Both the position numbers and the translations under genes were made by a program. A DNA stretch of 64,000 nucleotides from Myxococcota bacterium (GTDB lineage Bacteria > Myxococcota_A > UBA796 > UBA2385): contig JBIJDH010000006.1 of NCBI GenBank assembly GCA_044344255.1, positions 1 to 64,000 of the forward strand, given 5' to 3'. The notes under the pieces were generated by a model. That model was not told the origin of the DNA. It worked only from the letters and a program-made list of their open reading frames with translations, and made no database searches. Positions 45,062 through 53,945 of the stretch are shown in pieces (the stretch's first letter is position 1; every line of letters starts with the position of its first letter).

Positions 45062-46432
45062 ATGGCCGTTCGAATGACCTGGTGGACGTCTCCCGCGGTC
45101 TTCACGATGCTGTCCTTGTTCGCATGCGGCGACGAGAAGGTGGTCGACACCGCCACCCGTTGTGACGCGCCGGTCTCCAGCGCAGGGGCGGACGTGTCGG
45201 GCACCCTCGGTGCGCTCGTCACCCTAGACGGCTCGGCCAGCACCTTCTGTGAGAAGTACGCCGATCAGGTGACCTTCACGTGGACCTTCGAGAGCGTGCC
45301 CGCAGGGTCGGCGCTCGATGAGAGCGCGCTCTCCGACAACCGCACCGCGACGGCGGTGGCTCCGGGCTTCGCGCCGGACGCCGTCGGGGACTACACCCTC
45401 CACCTCGTGGTGTCCGATCCCGACGCGACGAGCGCCGAAGACGTCGTCGTGGTGCACGTCACCTCGACGGACAACGCCCCGATCGCCGACTGCGGGCCCA
45501 ACGTCGAGGGCAAGATCGGCGAGGCCGCCACCCTCGACGGCTCGCTGTCGAACGATCCGGAGGGGGCCGAGCTGAGCTTCTCCTGGTCGCTGACCGACGT
45601 CCCCGACTGCTCGACCCGCAGCTCCAGCGACATCTTCAACCCCGGCGGGCCCACCCCCTCGGTGGTGCCGGACTGCGACGGCATCTACACGGTGAGCCTC
45701 GTGGTGTCCGACGGAGTGCAGTACTCCGAGCCCGACATCTGCACGATCAACGTGGCCTCCAGCAATCGTCCGCCCGTGGCCGACGCCGGTGAGTCCGAGG
45801 AGCTCGGCTCCTGCGCGGACAACCCGATCTCCCTCGACGCCTACGGGAGCTACGATCTGGACGGCGACGAGATCACCTACCAGTGGACCGTGATCGAGGT
45901 ACCCTCGGGCTCGGCCTCCACCGACACGAGCTTCTCTGACTCCACCGCCGCCGATCCGAAGTTCACCTGGGACATCCCTGGCAGCTACACCTTCCAGGTC
46001 CAGGTCTACGACGGCACGGACTGGTCGAGCCCCGACATCGTCACCTACCTCATCAACGAGGAGTCGGAGAACCACCGGCCCTCGGCCAACGCGGGAGACG
46101 ACGTCACCATTGAGGCCGAGAGCGACTGTGAGGCCTCCAGCTACGTGTGGACCTGCGCGGACTGCGAGGAGCAGCAGCTCGAGCTGGACGGCTCGGCCTC
46201 CTTCGATCCGGAGGGCGATGAGCTCAGCTACACCTGGAACGAGGCCACCGGCACGGTGATCTTCTCGAGCCGGTACAGCGCGTTGAGCTCCGGTGTCATC
46301 CCGGCCCAGTCGGCGACCTACGGGGTCGCCACGACCATGTCGCTCACCGTCGAGCTGTCGGTCGCCGACTGCCAGCTCTCCGACAATGACACGTTCACGG
46401 TCAGCTATTCCTGCACCGGTCAGAAGCCGTGA
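45062..46432 (+). CDS. PKD/Ig-like repeat lipoprotein
   Basis: GGAGG RBS; lipobox LFAC; repeated P.A.AG...LDGS.S.DP.G..L.Y.W. Confidence 0.85.
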   Translation: MAVRMTWWTSPAVFTMLSLFACGDEKVVDTATRCDAPVSSAGADVSGTLGALVTLDGSASTFCEKYADQVTFTWTFESVPAGSALDESALSDNRTATAVAPGFAPDAVGDYTLHLVVSDPDATSAEDVVVVHVTSTDNAPIADCGPNVEGKIGEAATLDGSLSNDPEGAELSFSWSLTDVPDCSTRSSSDIFNPGGPTPSVVPDCDGIYTVSLVVSDGVQYSEPDICTINVASSNRPPVADAGESEELGSCADNPISLDAYGSYDLDGDEITYQWTVIEVPSGSASTDTSFSDSTAADPKFTWDIPGSYTFQVQVYDGTDWSSPDIVTYLINEESENHRPSANAGDDVTIEAESDCEASSYVWTCADCEEQQLELDGSASFDPEGDELSYTWNEATGTVIFSSRYSALSSGVIPAQSATYGVATTMSLTVELSVADCQLSDNDTFTVSYSCTGQKP

Positions 46433-47826
46433 GGGCCTCTCCCATGATGTTCGTTCAGCGCCTCTGGGCCTTTTCTCTCGCGTCTTCGGTATTCGTGGCC
46501 TGCGGGACCGACTCCGAGCTCGTCAAGGACAAGGGGGCCTTCAACAGCCCGCCCGTCGCCAACGCGGGCAGCAACTTGAGCCAGAGCTCGGACACGCCGA
46601 TCGAGCTCGACGCCTCGGGCTCCTTCGACCCGGACGGTGACGCGATCACCTACCACTGGTCTTTTGACACGGTGCCCTCGGGCTCCGCCCTGGCCGGCAC
46701 CGAGGCCTCGCTCCCCGGCAACAACAGCTCCGCTCCACAGACCACCTTCCTGGCGGACAAGGCCGGGACCTACGTGGTCTCCTTGATGGTGGAGGACGCC
46801 CTCGGCGCGAAGTCCACCGTAGACTTCGTGATCGTCACGGTCGAGGACGGCAAGGAGCCGGTCGCCAACGCGGGCGTCGACCTCACGGGGCTCGAGGGCG
46901 CGACCTTCAGCCTCGACGGGAGTGAGTCTTACGATCCGCTCGGCCGCACCCTGAGCTACCACTGGAAGATCGAGTCGGCGCCGACGGGCAGCACGGTGGG
47001 TGCGCTCACCGGTGACACCAGCGCCAACGCCAGCTTCGTGGCGGATAAGGGCGGCGTGTACGTCGTCTCGCTCGTGGTCAACAACGGGCTCGACTCCTCG
47101 TCCCCCGACACCGCCCTCGTGCGGGTCTCCGCGGCCGATCCGGCCCCGCCCGTCGCCCTCGCGGGGGACGACATCACGAGCGAGGACTGCTCCTGGGTTG
47201 ACCTGAGCGGCTCCGGCTCCTACGACCCGAACGGGGACAGCCTCACCTATCAATGGGTGCTGCAGAGCAAGCCGTCCAACTCGACGGCCTCTGACGCGAG
47301 CTTCGACAGCACCGCCACGCCGACCCCGAAGTTCTACCCCGACGTCGCGGGCAGCTACGTGGTGTCGTTGGCCGTCTACGACGGCACCGCGTGGTCGACG
47401 CCGGACACCCTCAAGATCACGGCGGACGAGCGGGTGGCCAACGCGGTCCCCACCGTGGAGGCCGGCACGCCGAAGGCGGCGGACGGCGGTGAAGCCGAGT
47501 GTAGCCCGTCTGGCTACACCTACGACTGTGACTCCTGCTCGCCGGTCACGCTCAGCCTCGGGGATGACGCCTCGGCCTCCGATCCCGACGGGGACGGCAT
47601 GACCTACCTGTGGACGGTCGTGAGCGGCAACGGCGTCATCGCCGACCCCACCTCACTGTCCACCACCGTGAGCCTCGAGGACGCCGAGCCCACCGAGCCC
47701 TCGCTCTGTGAGGACAACGACTTCCAGTTCTTGCTGACGGTCACGGACTGCACGGGGGCCACGACCAGCGACACGGTCACCTACACCGTGAACTGCTGCG
47801 GCATCGAGGCGACGGCCGTTCGCTGA
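46429..47826 (+). CDS. PKD/Ig-like repeat lipoprotein (paralog of the upstream gene)
   Basis: Lipobox FVAC; repeated PVANAG...LD.S.S.DP.G....Y.W; start GTG 46429 or ATG 46444. Confidence 0.85.
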   Translation: MRASPMMFVQRLWAFSLASSVFVACGTDSELVKDKGAFNSPPVANAGSNLSQSSDTPIELDASGSFDPDGDAITYHWSFDTVPSGSALAGTEASLPGNNSSAPQTTFLADKAGTYVVSLMVEDALGAKSTVDFVIVTVEDGKEPVANAGVDLTGLEGATFSLDGSESYDPLGRTLSYHWKIESAPTGSTVGALTGDTSANASFVADKGGVYVVSLVVNNGLDSSSPDTALVRVSAADPAPPVALAGDDITSEDCSWVDLSGSGSYDPNGDSLTYQWVLQSKPSNSTASDASFDSTATPTPKFYPDVAGSYVVSLAVYDGTAWSTPDTLKITADERVANAVPTVEAGTPKAADGGEAECSPSGYTYDCDSCSPVTLSLGDDASASDPDGDGMTYLWTVVSGNGVIADPTSLSTTVSLEDAEPTEPSLCEDNDFQFLLTVTDCTGATTSDTVTYTVNCCGIEATAVR

Positions 47827-47827
47827 G

Positions 47828-48727
47828 GTGGGGCCTGCCCTCGATCTGAGCGCGCTCACGGACGGCCAGCGGGTCCCTCTCCACGAGGTGTCGGCCCGCT
47901 GTGACGACGAGCGGCTGCCTGCGCTCTCCGGAGCCTGGGTTCTGGGCTGTGGCCCGGGGGGCACCGTCGATCGCGCCTTGAGCCTGGAGAGCGGGCGGCT
48001 GATCCGGCTCTCCGCTCCCTTGCCGAGCCCGGGATGGGGGGCCGGACTGGTCTTCCAGCCGGGCCTCCAGGGTGGCCTGTTCGCCCTGACAGAGGACGGA
48101 GCGATCGCCGTGCCAGGGACACGCTTGATGGAGCGACTCGTGTCGCCGGTCGCCTTGGACGGCCTCCACATCGCCGCGCTGGACGCCGATCACGTACAGG
48201 CCTTCCCGCAAGAGGCGGCCGCGCGGACCCTCTACGCGGCCCACCCCGCGGGCTGGTACCCGCCCGCCCTCGCCTGGCCCTTCGCGGCGTGGGTAGAGGA
48301 CGCGGGGGGAGGCGACGAGGATGTTGTCCAGATCGACCTCTCTGCCCGGGGCGCGCGCACCGTCCTGGCCGGGGGCCCCGGCCACCAGCGGCACGTGGTG
48401 GGCAGCGGGGCCTGGCTGGCCTGGGTCGAGCCGGAGGCGGTGGTGGTCCGAGACACACGAGACGGCGCTGAGCGACGGATCCCGGCGAAAACGGGCTTCT
48501 CGGCCCCTCCCAGCCTCTGGGAGGACATCGTCTGCTTCGAGACGCGGGCGGTGGGCGGCGCCGTCGGCGGGATCGAGGTCGGGATCGAGGTCGGGATCGA
48601 CGTGCGCTGCTCCGACGGGCTGTCCGCCGGCGGGCCGGGGGACCAACGATGGCCGAGCCGGTGGTCCCGCTGGCTCATCTACCGCGAGGGGGAGACCGTC
48701 TACCTCCGCACCGCGACCCCGCCGTGA
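47828..48727 (+). CDS. Hypothetical protein (beta-rich, short propeller-like repeats)
   Basis: 299-aa ORF within the operon; PAL.WP.AAWVE / Q.WP repeats. Confidence 0.6.
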   Translation: MGPALDLSALTDGQRVPLHEVSARCDDERLPALSGAWVLGCGPGGTVDRALSLESGRLIRLSAPLPSPGWGAGLVFQPGLQGGLFALTEDGAIAVPGTRLMERLVSPVALDGLHIAALDADHVQAFPQEAAARTLYAAHPAGWYPPALAWPFAAWVEDAGGGDEDVVQIDLSARGARTVLAGGPGHQRHVVGSGAWLAWVEPEAVVVRDTRDGAERRIPAKTGFSAPPSLWEDIVCFETRAVGGAVGGIEVGIEVGIDVRCSDGLSAGGPGDQRWPSRWSRWLIYREGETVYLRTATPP

Positions 48728-50631
48728 AGCTGGGCCGGTGGCTGATCTTCGGGCTCTGGACCCTCGGCTCGGCCGGCCTCTTCCTGGCAGGAGATCCATC
48801 GTTGACCGGGGAGGCGGCCCTCCGGCTCCTCCGAGGTCTGGGTGGGGTGTTCGTCTGGGCGGTGGCCGCGCTGGGGGCTGGCCAGGCCGTGGTGGGGTGG
48901 GCGACGCCGGCGCTCCGGACCGATCCGCGGGGCTGGGCGCACGCGGCCGTCGCGGGGCTCCTCCTCTGGGGGCTGGGCGGGCTCGGCCTCGCCGCGCTCG
49001 GGATGCTCGACAGCCCAGGCTTCATTGGCCTCGCCGCGCTGCTCTCCTCAGGCTGGCTGCGCCCCGCCGGCATCCCGCTCCCCCGCCGTCCGGAGGCGGG
49101 GACGCTGCTGGCGGTGGGCCTGCTGTTGTTGCCGGGCCTCGTCACCGCCCTCGCCCCGCCGGTGGACACCGACGAGCTCTACTACCAGCTCGCTTTGCCG
49201 CGCCGGATGCTGGACAGCGGCGGACTCTTGGGCGGGGCGTGGAGCCCGGACGGCAGTCGCCCGATGATCCTCCACCTCCCCTACGCGGCGCTGCTCTGGG
49301 CAGGAGGGGAGGCGGCGCCGCGGCTGTTTCACCTCGGGATCGCGGTGGCGCTGCTGCTGCTGGTCGAGGCGCTCGCTCGCGCCCACGGCGCCCCTTCCGC
49401 GGACGAAGGGCCGGTCGCGCGGCCCCTGGGTCAGGGCCTGGGCCTGGGCCTGAGCCTGGGGCCCGTGCTCCTCGCCGCCTCCTGGAGCGTCATCCAAGAG
49501 GCTGGGCTCGCCGCGAACAACCTGCCCGTGGCCTTCGTCGTGCTCGCGGCGGTCGACGCGGGGCTCCGCGGGAGCCGCGCGGCCTTGGCCCTCGCCGCTG
49601 GGCTCGCTTTGTCGATGAAGTACACCGCCGCCGGCCCGCTGCTGGGCGCCTTCTTGTTCTCACGCTTGCCGCTCTCGGGGCGCGCGCAGGCGGGTCTGGC
49701 GGCCCTCGCGCTGATCTCCCCGTGGTGGGTTCGAAACCTGCTCGACGGGCTCCACCCGCTCTTCCCGTACGCCGGGTGGGCGGCCGTGGAGGGCGCGAGC
49801 CTCCGCTTCCAGTACCTCGAGAAGTATGGCGCTGGCCGCGCGCCCACAGACCTGCTCCTGGCTCCGCTTCGTGCGGTGATGTCGGCGAACATCGGTACCT
49901 TTCGGTTTCTTGGGAAGCTGAGCCCGGGCTGGATCGCGGCGCTGCCCCTGCTCGCGCTCGGCGGCAGCCCTGCGATGCTCCGCCTCCTCGGCGTAGGGGT
50001 GGTGGGCCTCGCGGCCTGGACCGCCGGCCCGCATTGGATCCGGCACCTCCTCCCGGTGCTGCCGATCTTCGCGGTCGCGCTGTCGATGGCTGCGGCCCGC
50101 TCCTTGGATCGTCCGATGGGCCTCCTCCTGGGGGCGGCGCTGCTGGCGGGGCTCCCTGCGAACCTCGGGCCCGTGGTGACCACGCTCGCTGACCGCTTGC
50201 CGGTGGCCACGGGGCTCGAGGCGCGGGAGGCCTTCCTCTCCCGGCGGGTGGAGGACTGGGCGGCCGTGGCCTGGATCAACGATCACCTGCCGGCCGAGGC
50301 GCGCCTGGCCGTCTTCTTCGGCTGGAGCGGCTACTACATCGAGCGCGACTACCTCCTCAGCAGCGTAGAAGATCACGTCCCGACCCGACACTTCCTGCTG
50401 CGGGAGGGGGAGGGCGCCCTCGGCCGGCTCCGCGAGGCCGGGGTGGGCTACGTCCTCGTCGAGCGAGTGGGCTTCTTGCCGAGCGTCTACCCCTTCTTGT
50501 CGAAGGCGGACTTCCAGGCTCAATTTGTCGCCCCGGAGGCGCTGCTGGATCGGCTGCTCCTCCAGCAGGGTACCCGGGTGTTTCAGAGCGGCCGCGCCTC
50601 GGTGTGGAGGCTGGACGCCGCCGCTCCTTGA
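48724..50631 (+). CDS. Polytopic membrane protein, GT-C (ArnT/PMT-like) glycosyltransferase
   Basis: GTG 48724 overlaps the upstream stop; PPVDTDELYYQL..P, LALSMKYT, PWWVRN...G.PLFP, RHLLP. Confidence 0.7.
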   Translation: MKLGRWLIFGLWTLGSAGLFLAGDPSLTGEAALRLLRGLGGVFVWAVAALGAGQAVVGWATPALRTDPRGWAHAAVAGLLLWGLGGLGLAALGMLDSPGFIGLAALLSSGWLRPAGIPLPRRPEAGTLLAVGLLLLPGLVTALAPPVDTDELYYQLALPRRMLDSGGLLGGAWSPDGSRPMILHLPYAALLWAGGEAAPRLFHLGIAVALLLLVEALARAHGAPSADEGPVARPLGQGLGLGLSLGPVLLAASWSVIQEAGLAANNLPVAFVVLAAVDAGLRGSRAALALAAGLALSMKYTAAGPLLGAFLFSRLPLSGRAQAGLAALALISPWWVRNLLDGLHPLFPYAGWAAVEGASLRFQYLEKYGAGRAPTDLLLAPLRAVMSANIGTFRFLGKLSPGWIAALPLLALGGSPAMLRLLGVGVVGLAAWTAGPHWIRHLLPVLPIFAVALSMAAARSLDRPMGLLLGAALLAGLPANLGPVVTTLADRLPVATGLEAREAFLSRRVEDWAAVAWINDHLPAEARLAVFFGWSGYYIERDYLLSSVEDHVPTRHFLLREGEGALGRLREAGVGYVLVERVGFLPSVYPFLSKADFQAQFVAPEALLDRLLLQQGTRVFQSGRASVWRLDAAAP

Positions 50632-50655
50632 CAGGCCGTCGGAGCTCGTTATGAT
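50628..50655 (+). promoter_or_regulatory. sigma70 promoter of tRNA-Leu
   Basis: TTGACA (50628-33) - 16 nt - TATGAT (50650-55), then a GC-rich discriminator; tRNA starts 11 nt later. Confidence 0.8.
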
Positions 50656-50665
50656 GCCGGCGCTC

Positions 50666-50754
50666 GCGGACGTGGCGGAATTGGCAGACGCGCTAGGCTC
50701 AGGACCTAGTGGCCTTTACCGGCCTTGGGGGTTCAAGTCCCCCCGTCCGCACCA
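50666..50754 (+). tRNA. tRNA-Leu(CAG)
   Basis: Acceptor GCGGACG/CGTCCGC + ACCA; D-loop GGAATTGGCAGAC; anticodon arm CTAGG-CTCAGGA-CCTAG; long variable arm; GGGGGTTCAAGTCCCCC. Confidence 0.97.
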
Positions 50755-50778
50755 TCTTGATGCGGAACACCATCAGAG

Positions 50779-50809
50779 AAACCACCGGCCAACCCCGGTG
50801 GTTTTTTTT
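50779..50809 (+). terminator. Rho-independent terminator
   Basis: AAACCACCGG-ccaacc-CCGGTGG followed by T8. Confidence 0.9.
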
Positions 50810-50897
50810 GGCTTCGGTCTTTGGGCAGCGGGCGTGGGACCTTTTGACTGCGTCTGGACAGCCGCTCCGCTATTGTCGACGTCTATCGGAGTCGCGC

Positions 50898-51563
50898 ATG
50901 AGCCTCAACAGCGTCCCCCCCTTGTTCGTGTTCCTCTCGCTCCAGATGGCCTGCACCCCGGGCAAGGCCCAGCTCAGCGCTGGGGATACGGGGGTGGTGA
51001 CCGGTGAAGAGTCCGACGCCGACGCGGACTCCGACTCGGACAGCGACGCCGACGCGGACAGTGACGCTGACGCTGACGCCGACAGCGACGCCGACAGTGA
51101 CGCAGATAGTGACGCAGACAGTGACGCCGATCCGGTCCCCGAGCCCGACTTCTCTCGCTGGGACGGCGGTCGCACCTTCGTGGTTGACTCGTACTACGAC
51201 GATGAGTGGGACTGTACGGAGTCCTCCGTGGAGTCTGCGGAGGAGCTCACGAGCGGCACCACCTACGACGCCCTGGCGGACGCCTGCCGCTCCTGCACCT
51301 ACTTCTACCAGGTAGACGTCAGCCCGGACGAGGTCTGCGGCTGGCTCGGGCTCTCGAACCCCGCCTACCGGGGCCTGATCCTCGACGGTGACCAGGCGGA
51401 GCTCTACACCTTCTACGAAGACCGCGACGGCATCTACGCCTCGCCGATCGACGATCGTGCAGACTTTGACGGGTGGACGGTCAGCTACGTCTACGAAGAC
51501 CAGGGCGACTCCTCCTACTCGCTGGCCATCTCGGGGAGCTTCACCTTCCCGCCGCTCCCCTGA
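50898..51563 (+). CDS. Lipoprotein with Asp-Ala/Asp-Ser repeat linker
   Basis: GGAG RBS + ATG 50898; signal ending QMAC; (DA/DS)n tract at about 51010-51130; Cys-containing C-domain. Confidence 0.8.
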   Translation: MSLNSVPPLFVFLSLQMACTPGKAQLSAGDTGVVTGEESDADADSDSDSDADADSDADADADSDADSDADSDADSDADPVPEPDFSRWDGGRTFVVDSYYDDEWDCTESSVESAEELTSGTTYDALADACRSCTYFYQVDVSPDEVCGWLGLSNPAYRGLILDGDQAELYTFYEDRDGIYASPIDDRADFDGWTVSYVYEDQGDSSYSLAISGSFTFPPLP

Positions 51564-52099
51564 ACGACGCGCGTCGGGTCGTCTACCGGGGTCGGCTGGT
51601 TGAGCTCGGCCTGGAGCGGGCGCGCCTGCCCAACGGGGCGGAGGTGGAGCTGGAGGTGATCCGCCACCCCGGCGCCGCCGCCGTCGTGCCGCTGCACGAG
51701 GATGGCAGCGTCACCCTCGTCCACCAATACCGGCACGCCGCGGGCGGGATGATCTACGAGGTCCCGGCGGGCAAGCTCGACGGGGGCGAAGACCCGCTCA
51801 CCTGCGCGACGCGGGAGCTCGCCGAAGAGGTGCAGCTCCGCGCCCGAACGCTGCGCCTGTTGACCGTGATCCACACGACGCCGGGCTTCACCAACGAGCG
51901 CATCCACCTCTATGTCGGCACCGAGCTCGAGCCCGCGGAGGGCGCGCCGGAGTGGGATGAGCACCTCCGCGTGGTGCGCGTCCCCGGCGAGGAGGCCCTG
52001 GCGATGGTCCGAGACGGGCGCATCACCGACGCCAAGACCCTCTGCGCCCTGCTCCTGGTCTTGGGCGCTGGCGCGCAGGGCTCACCGGCCCCACGCTGA
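51560..52099 (+). CDS. NUDIX hydrolase (ADP-ribose pyrophosphatase-like); probable CTG start
   Basis: Nudix box GKLDGGEDPLTCATRELAEE; HPGA, QYR, PGFTNE, ITDAKT. Confidence 0.9.
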   Translation: MNDARRVVYRGRLVELGLERARLPNGAEVELEVIRHPGAAAVVPLHEDGSVTLVHQYRHAAGGMIYEVPAGKLDGGEDPLTCATRELAEEVQLRARTLRLLTVIHTTPGFTNERIHLYVGTELEPAEGAPEWDEHLRVVRVPGEEALAMVRDGRITDAKTLCALLLVLGAGAQGSPAPR

Positions 52100-52231
52100 C
52101 CGCACCCAGGCTGGGCCGCCGCGCCGGCGGGACCCTGAGGTGGGACAGGGATGTCGCGGAAAGGCGCGCCGTCGCCTTGTCGGGTCGGCTATCGGTCTGC
52201 ATCTTGTCGGTAGCAAGCCGATGAAATTGCC

Positions 52232-52248
52232 TTGGCATGGCTCGTGCT
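52232..52248 (+). promoter_or_regulatory. sigma54 (-24/-12) promoter
   Basis: TTGGCATGGCTCGTGCT: GG 52234-35, N10, GC 52246-47; GGAGG RBS and ATG follow. Confidence 0.65.
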
Positions 52249-52273
52249 GTATGGATGGCACAATGGAGGCGTG

Positions 52274-53851
52274 ATGCGTTCAACGCTGTTGATCGGGACC
52301 GGGATCTGGTTGGTGGGCTGTGGCGACTACGCCCTCAGCGACACGGGAGCGGCGAAAGGCGGCGCTGACTTCGCCGATGAAGACGGCGGCGCGTCGGCGG
52401 ATGGTGGAGGCGGGGACGGGGGAGGTGAAGAGCCGCCGCCCGAGGAGGAGGACGCCTACGCGGCCCTCGCGCCGGCCTCCACCGCCACCTATGTCTTCGT
52501 CGCCAACCCAGACCTCGGCACGGTGACGCGCATCTCGGTGCCCTCGCTGGCCGTGCTCACCGCGGAGGTGGGCACGAAGCCCACGGTGGTCGCCACCACC
52601 GCCGACTACAGCACCGCGGTCGTCTTCAACCAGGGCTCGGATGACCTCAGCGTCGTCGACGCCGAGACGATGGAGGTCACCACCGTCGAGGTGCGGGACA
52701 ACTACAACAACATGGTGATGTCGCCCGACGGTCGCTGGGTCGCCTGCTTCCACGACCAGGCCAAGGCCGAGCGTGAGGGGGACGAGGGCGACTCCGGCGG
52801 CACCGAGAGCTACAACGAGGTGAGCTTCGTCGATGTGCGCACGGGCGCGCACTTCCCGACCATCGTGGGCTTCAACCCCCGCCAGATCATCTTCACCGCC
52901 GACGCCAGCCGGGCGGTGGTCGTCTCGGACGCCTACCTCGTGGTGGTCGATCTCAGCGGCGAGGAGCCGGAGCGCTTCCCGGTCGCCATCAGCTCCGACA
53001 CCGTCGATCCCCCCGTCGCCGAGGAGGTGGTCCTCGATCCGGGCGGCCACTACGCCATCGTGCGGCAGTTCGGCGTCAACGAGCTCGTGGTGGTCGACCT
53101 CGACACCCTCATCGCTGGTCAGGTCGCCGTCGGAGACTCCCCCACCGACCTCGACGTCACGCCCGACGGTCTGGAGGCGGTCGCGGTCGCGCGCGGATCG
53201 AACGAGCTGTGGGTCTACGATCTCTCCGATCCCTACATCGAGCCCGTCATCGTCAACCTCCCCGCCGATGAGCTGCTCGGCAGCGTCGTGATGAGCGCCG
53301 ACAACACGAAGGGCCTGCTCTTCAGCACCGCCAGCGGCAAGAGCCGCTACGCTGTCTGGGACCGCACCGCCGCAGACCCCACCGACAGCGTCACCGTGCG
53401 CTCCCTCGAGAAGCCGGTGGCCGGCATGTCGGTGAGCCCGGACGGGGGCACGCTGCTCATCTTCCACGACAAAGACAATGGCGAGGACGTGCCGTCGAGC
53501 TCTGTCTTCTACAATGAGTACGCGCTCACCCTCGTGAGCCTCGCGGACTTCTTCCCGAACACGCTCCGCCTCGCCGGCAAGCCAGGCGAGTTCGCGCACA
53601 CGGCGGACGGCGCCGCCGGCTTCCTCATCGAGGAGGGCACGCCCGAGCTGCTGGCCCTCCACTACAGCGAGCTCCGTCACGACGCCATCGCGCTCAAGAG
53701 CGACGCCGTGCACGTCGGTGTCCTCCCCGACACCCACCTGGTCTACGCGAGCCAGGAGCACGACCTCGGTCGCATCAGCTTCTACGACTACGACACCGAG
53801 GAGCTGCAGACGGTCACCGGCTTCGAGCTGAACGCCCAGATCGACCACTGA
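52274..53851 (+). CDS. Beta-propeller (YncE/YVTN-like) lipoprotein
   Basis: Lipobox LVGC; repeated V.VG..P......DG..A.V units. Confidence 0.8.
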   Translation: MRSTLLIGTGIWLVGCGDYALSDTGAAKGGADFADEDGGASADGGGGDGGGEEPPPEEEDAYAALAPASTATYVFVANPDLGTVTRISVPSLAVLTAEVGTKPTVVATTADYSTAVVFNQGSDDLSVVDAETMEVTTVEVRDNYNNMVMSPDGRWVACFHDQAKAEREGDEGDSGGTESYNEVSFVDVRTGAHFPTIVGFNPRQIIFTADASRAVVVSDAYLVVVDLSGEEPERFPVAISSDTVDPPVAEEVVLDPGGHYAIVRQFGVNELVVVDLDTLIAGQVAVGDSPTDLDVTPDGLEAVAVARGSNELWVYDLSDPYIEPVIVNLPADELLGSVVMSADNTKGLLFSTASGKSRYAVWDRTAADPTDSVTVRSLEKPVAGMSVSPDGGTLLIFHDKDNGEDVPSSSVFYNEYALTLVSLADFFPNTLRLAGKPGEFAHTADGAAGFLIEEGTPELLALHYSELRHDAIALKSDAVHVGVLPDTHLVYASQEHDLGRISFYDYDTEELQTVTGFELNAQIDH

Positions 53852-53889
53852 TCCCGCGCCGCCGGGCCCTGTCCGGTGCCCCCCCTCTC

Positions 53890-53935
53890 CTGCATTCGCT
53901 TCTCTGCATTCGCTTCTCTGCATTCGCTTCTCTGC
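53890..53935. repeat. Perfect 14-bp tandem repeat (CTGCATTCGCTTCT) x3.3
   Basis: Units start at 53890, 53904 and 53918, plus a partial at 53932. Confidence 0.95.
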
Positions 53936-53945
53936 GGAGCCCGTC

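Noticed and set aside
48568..48603. In-frame micro-repeats (GIEV x3; also the GL tract near 49435, DA/DS near 51010, GE near 63505)
   Set aside because: Ordinary low-complexity coding linkers.
50750..50775. Integrative element att site at tRNA-Leu (CACCATC occurs twice)
   Set aside because: Only 7 bp, no integrase, and no tRNA 3'-end duplication seen in the window.
53890..53935. CRISPR array (also the 36339-36400 repeats)
   Set aside because: Units are short and adjacent with no spacers; no cas genes.
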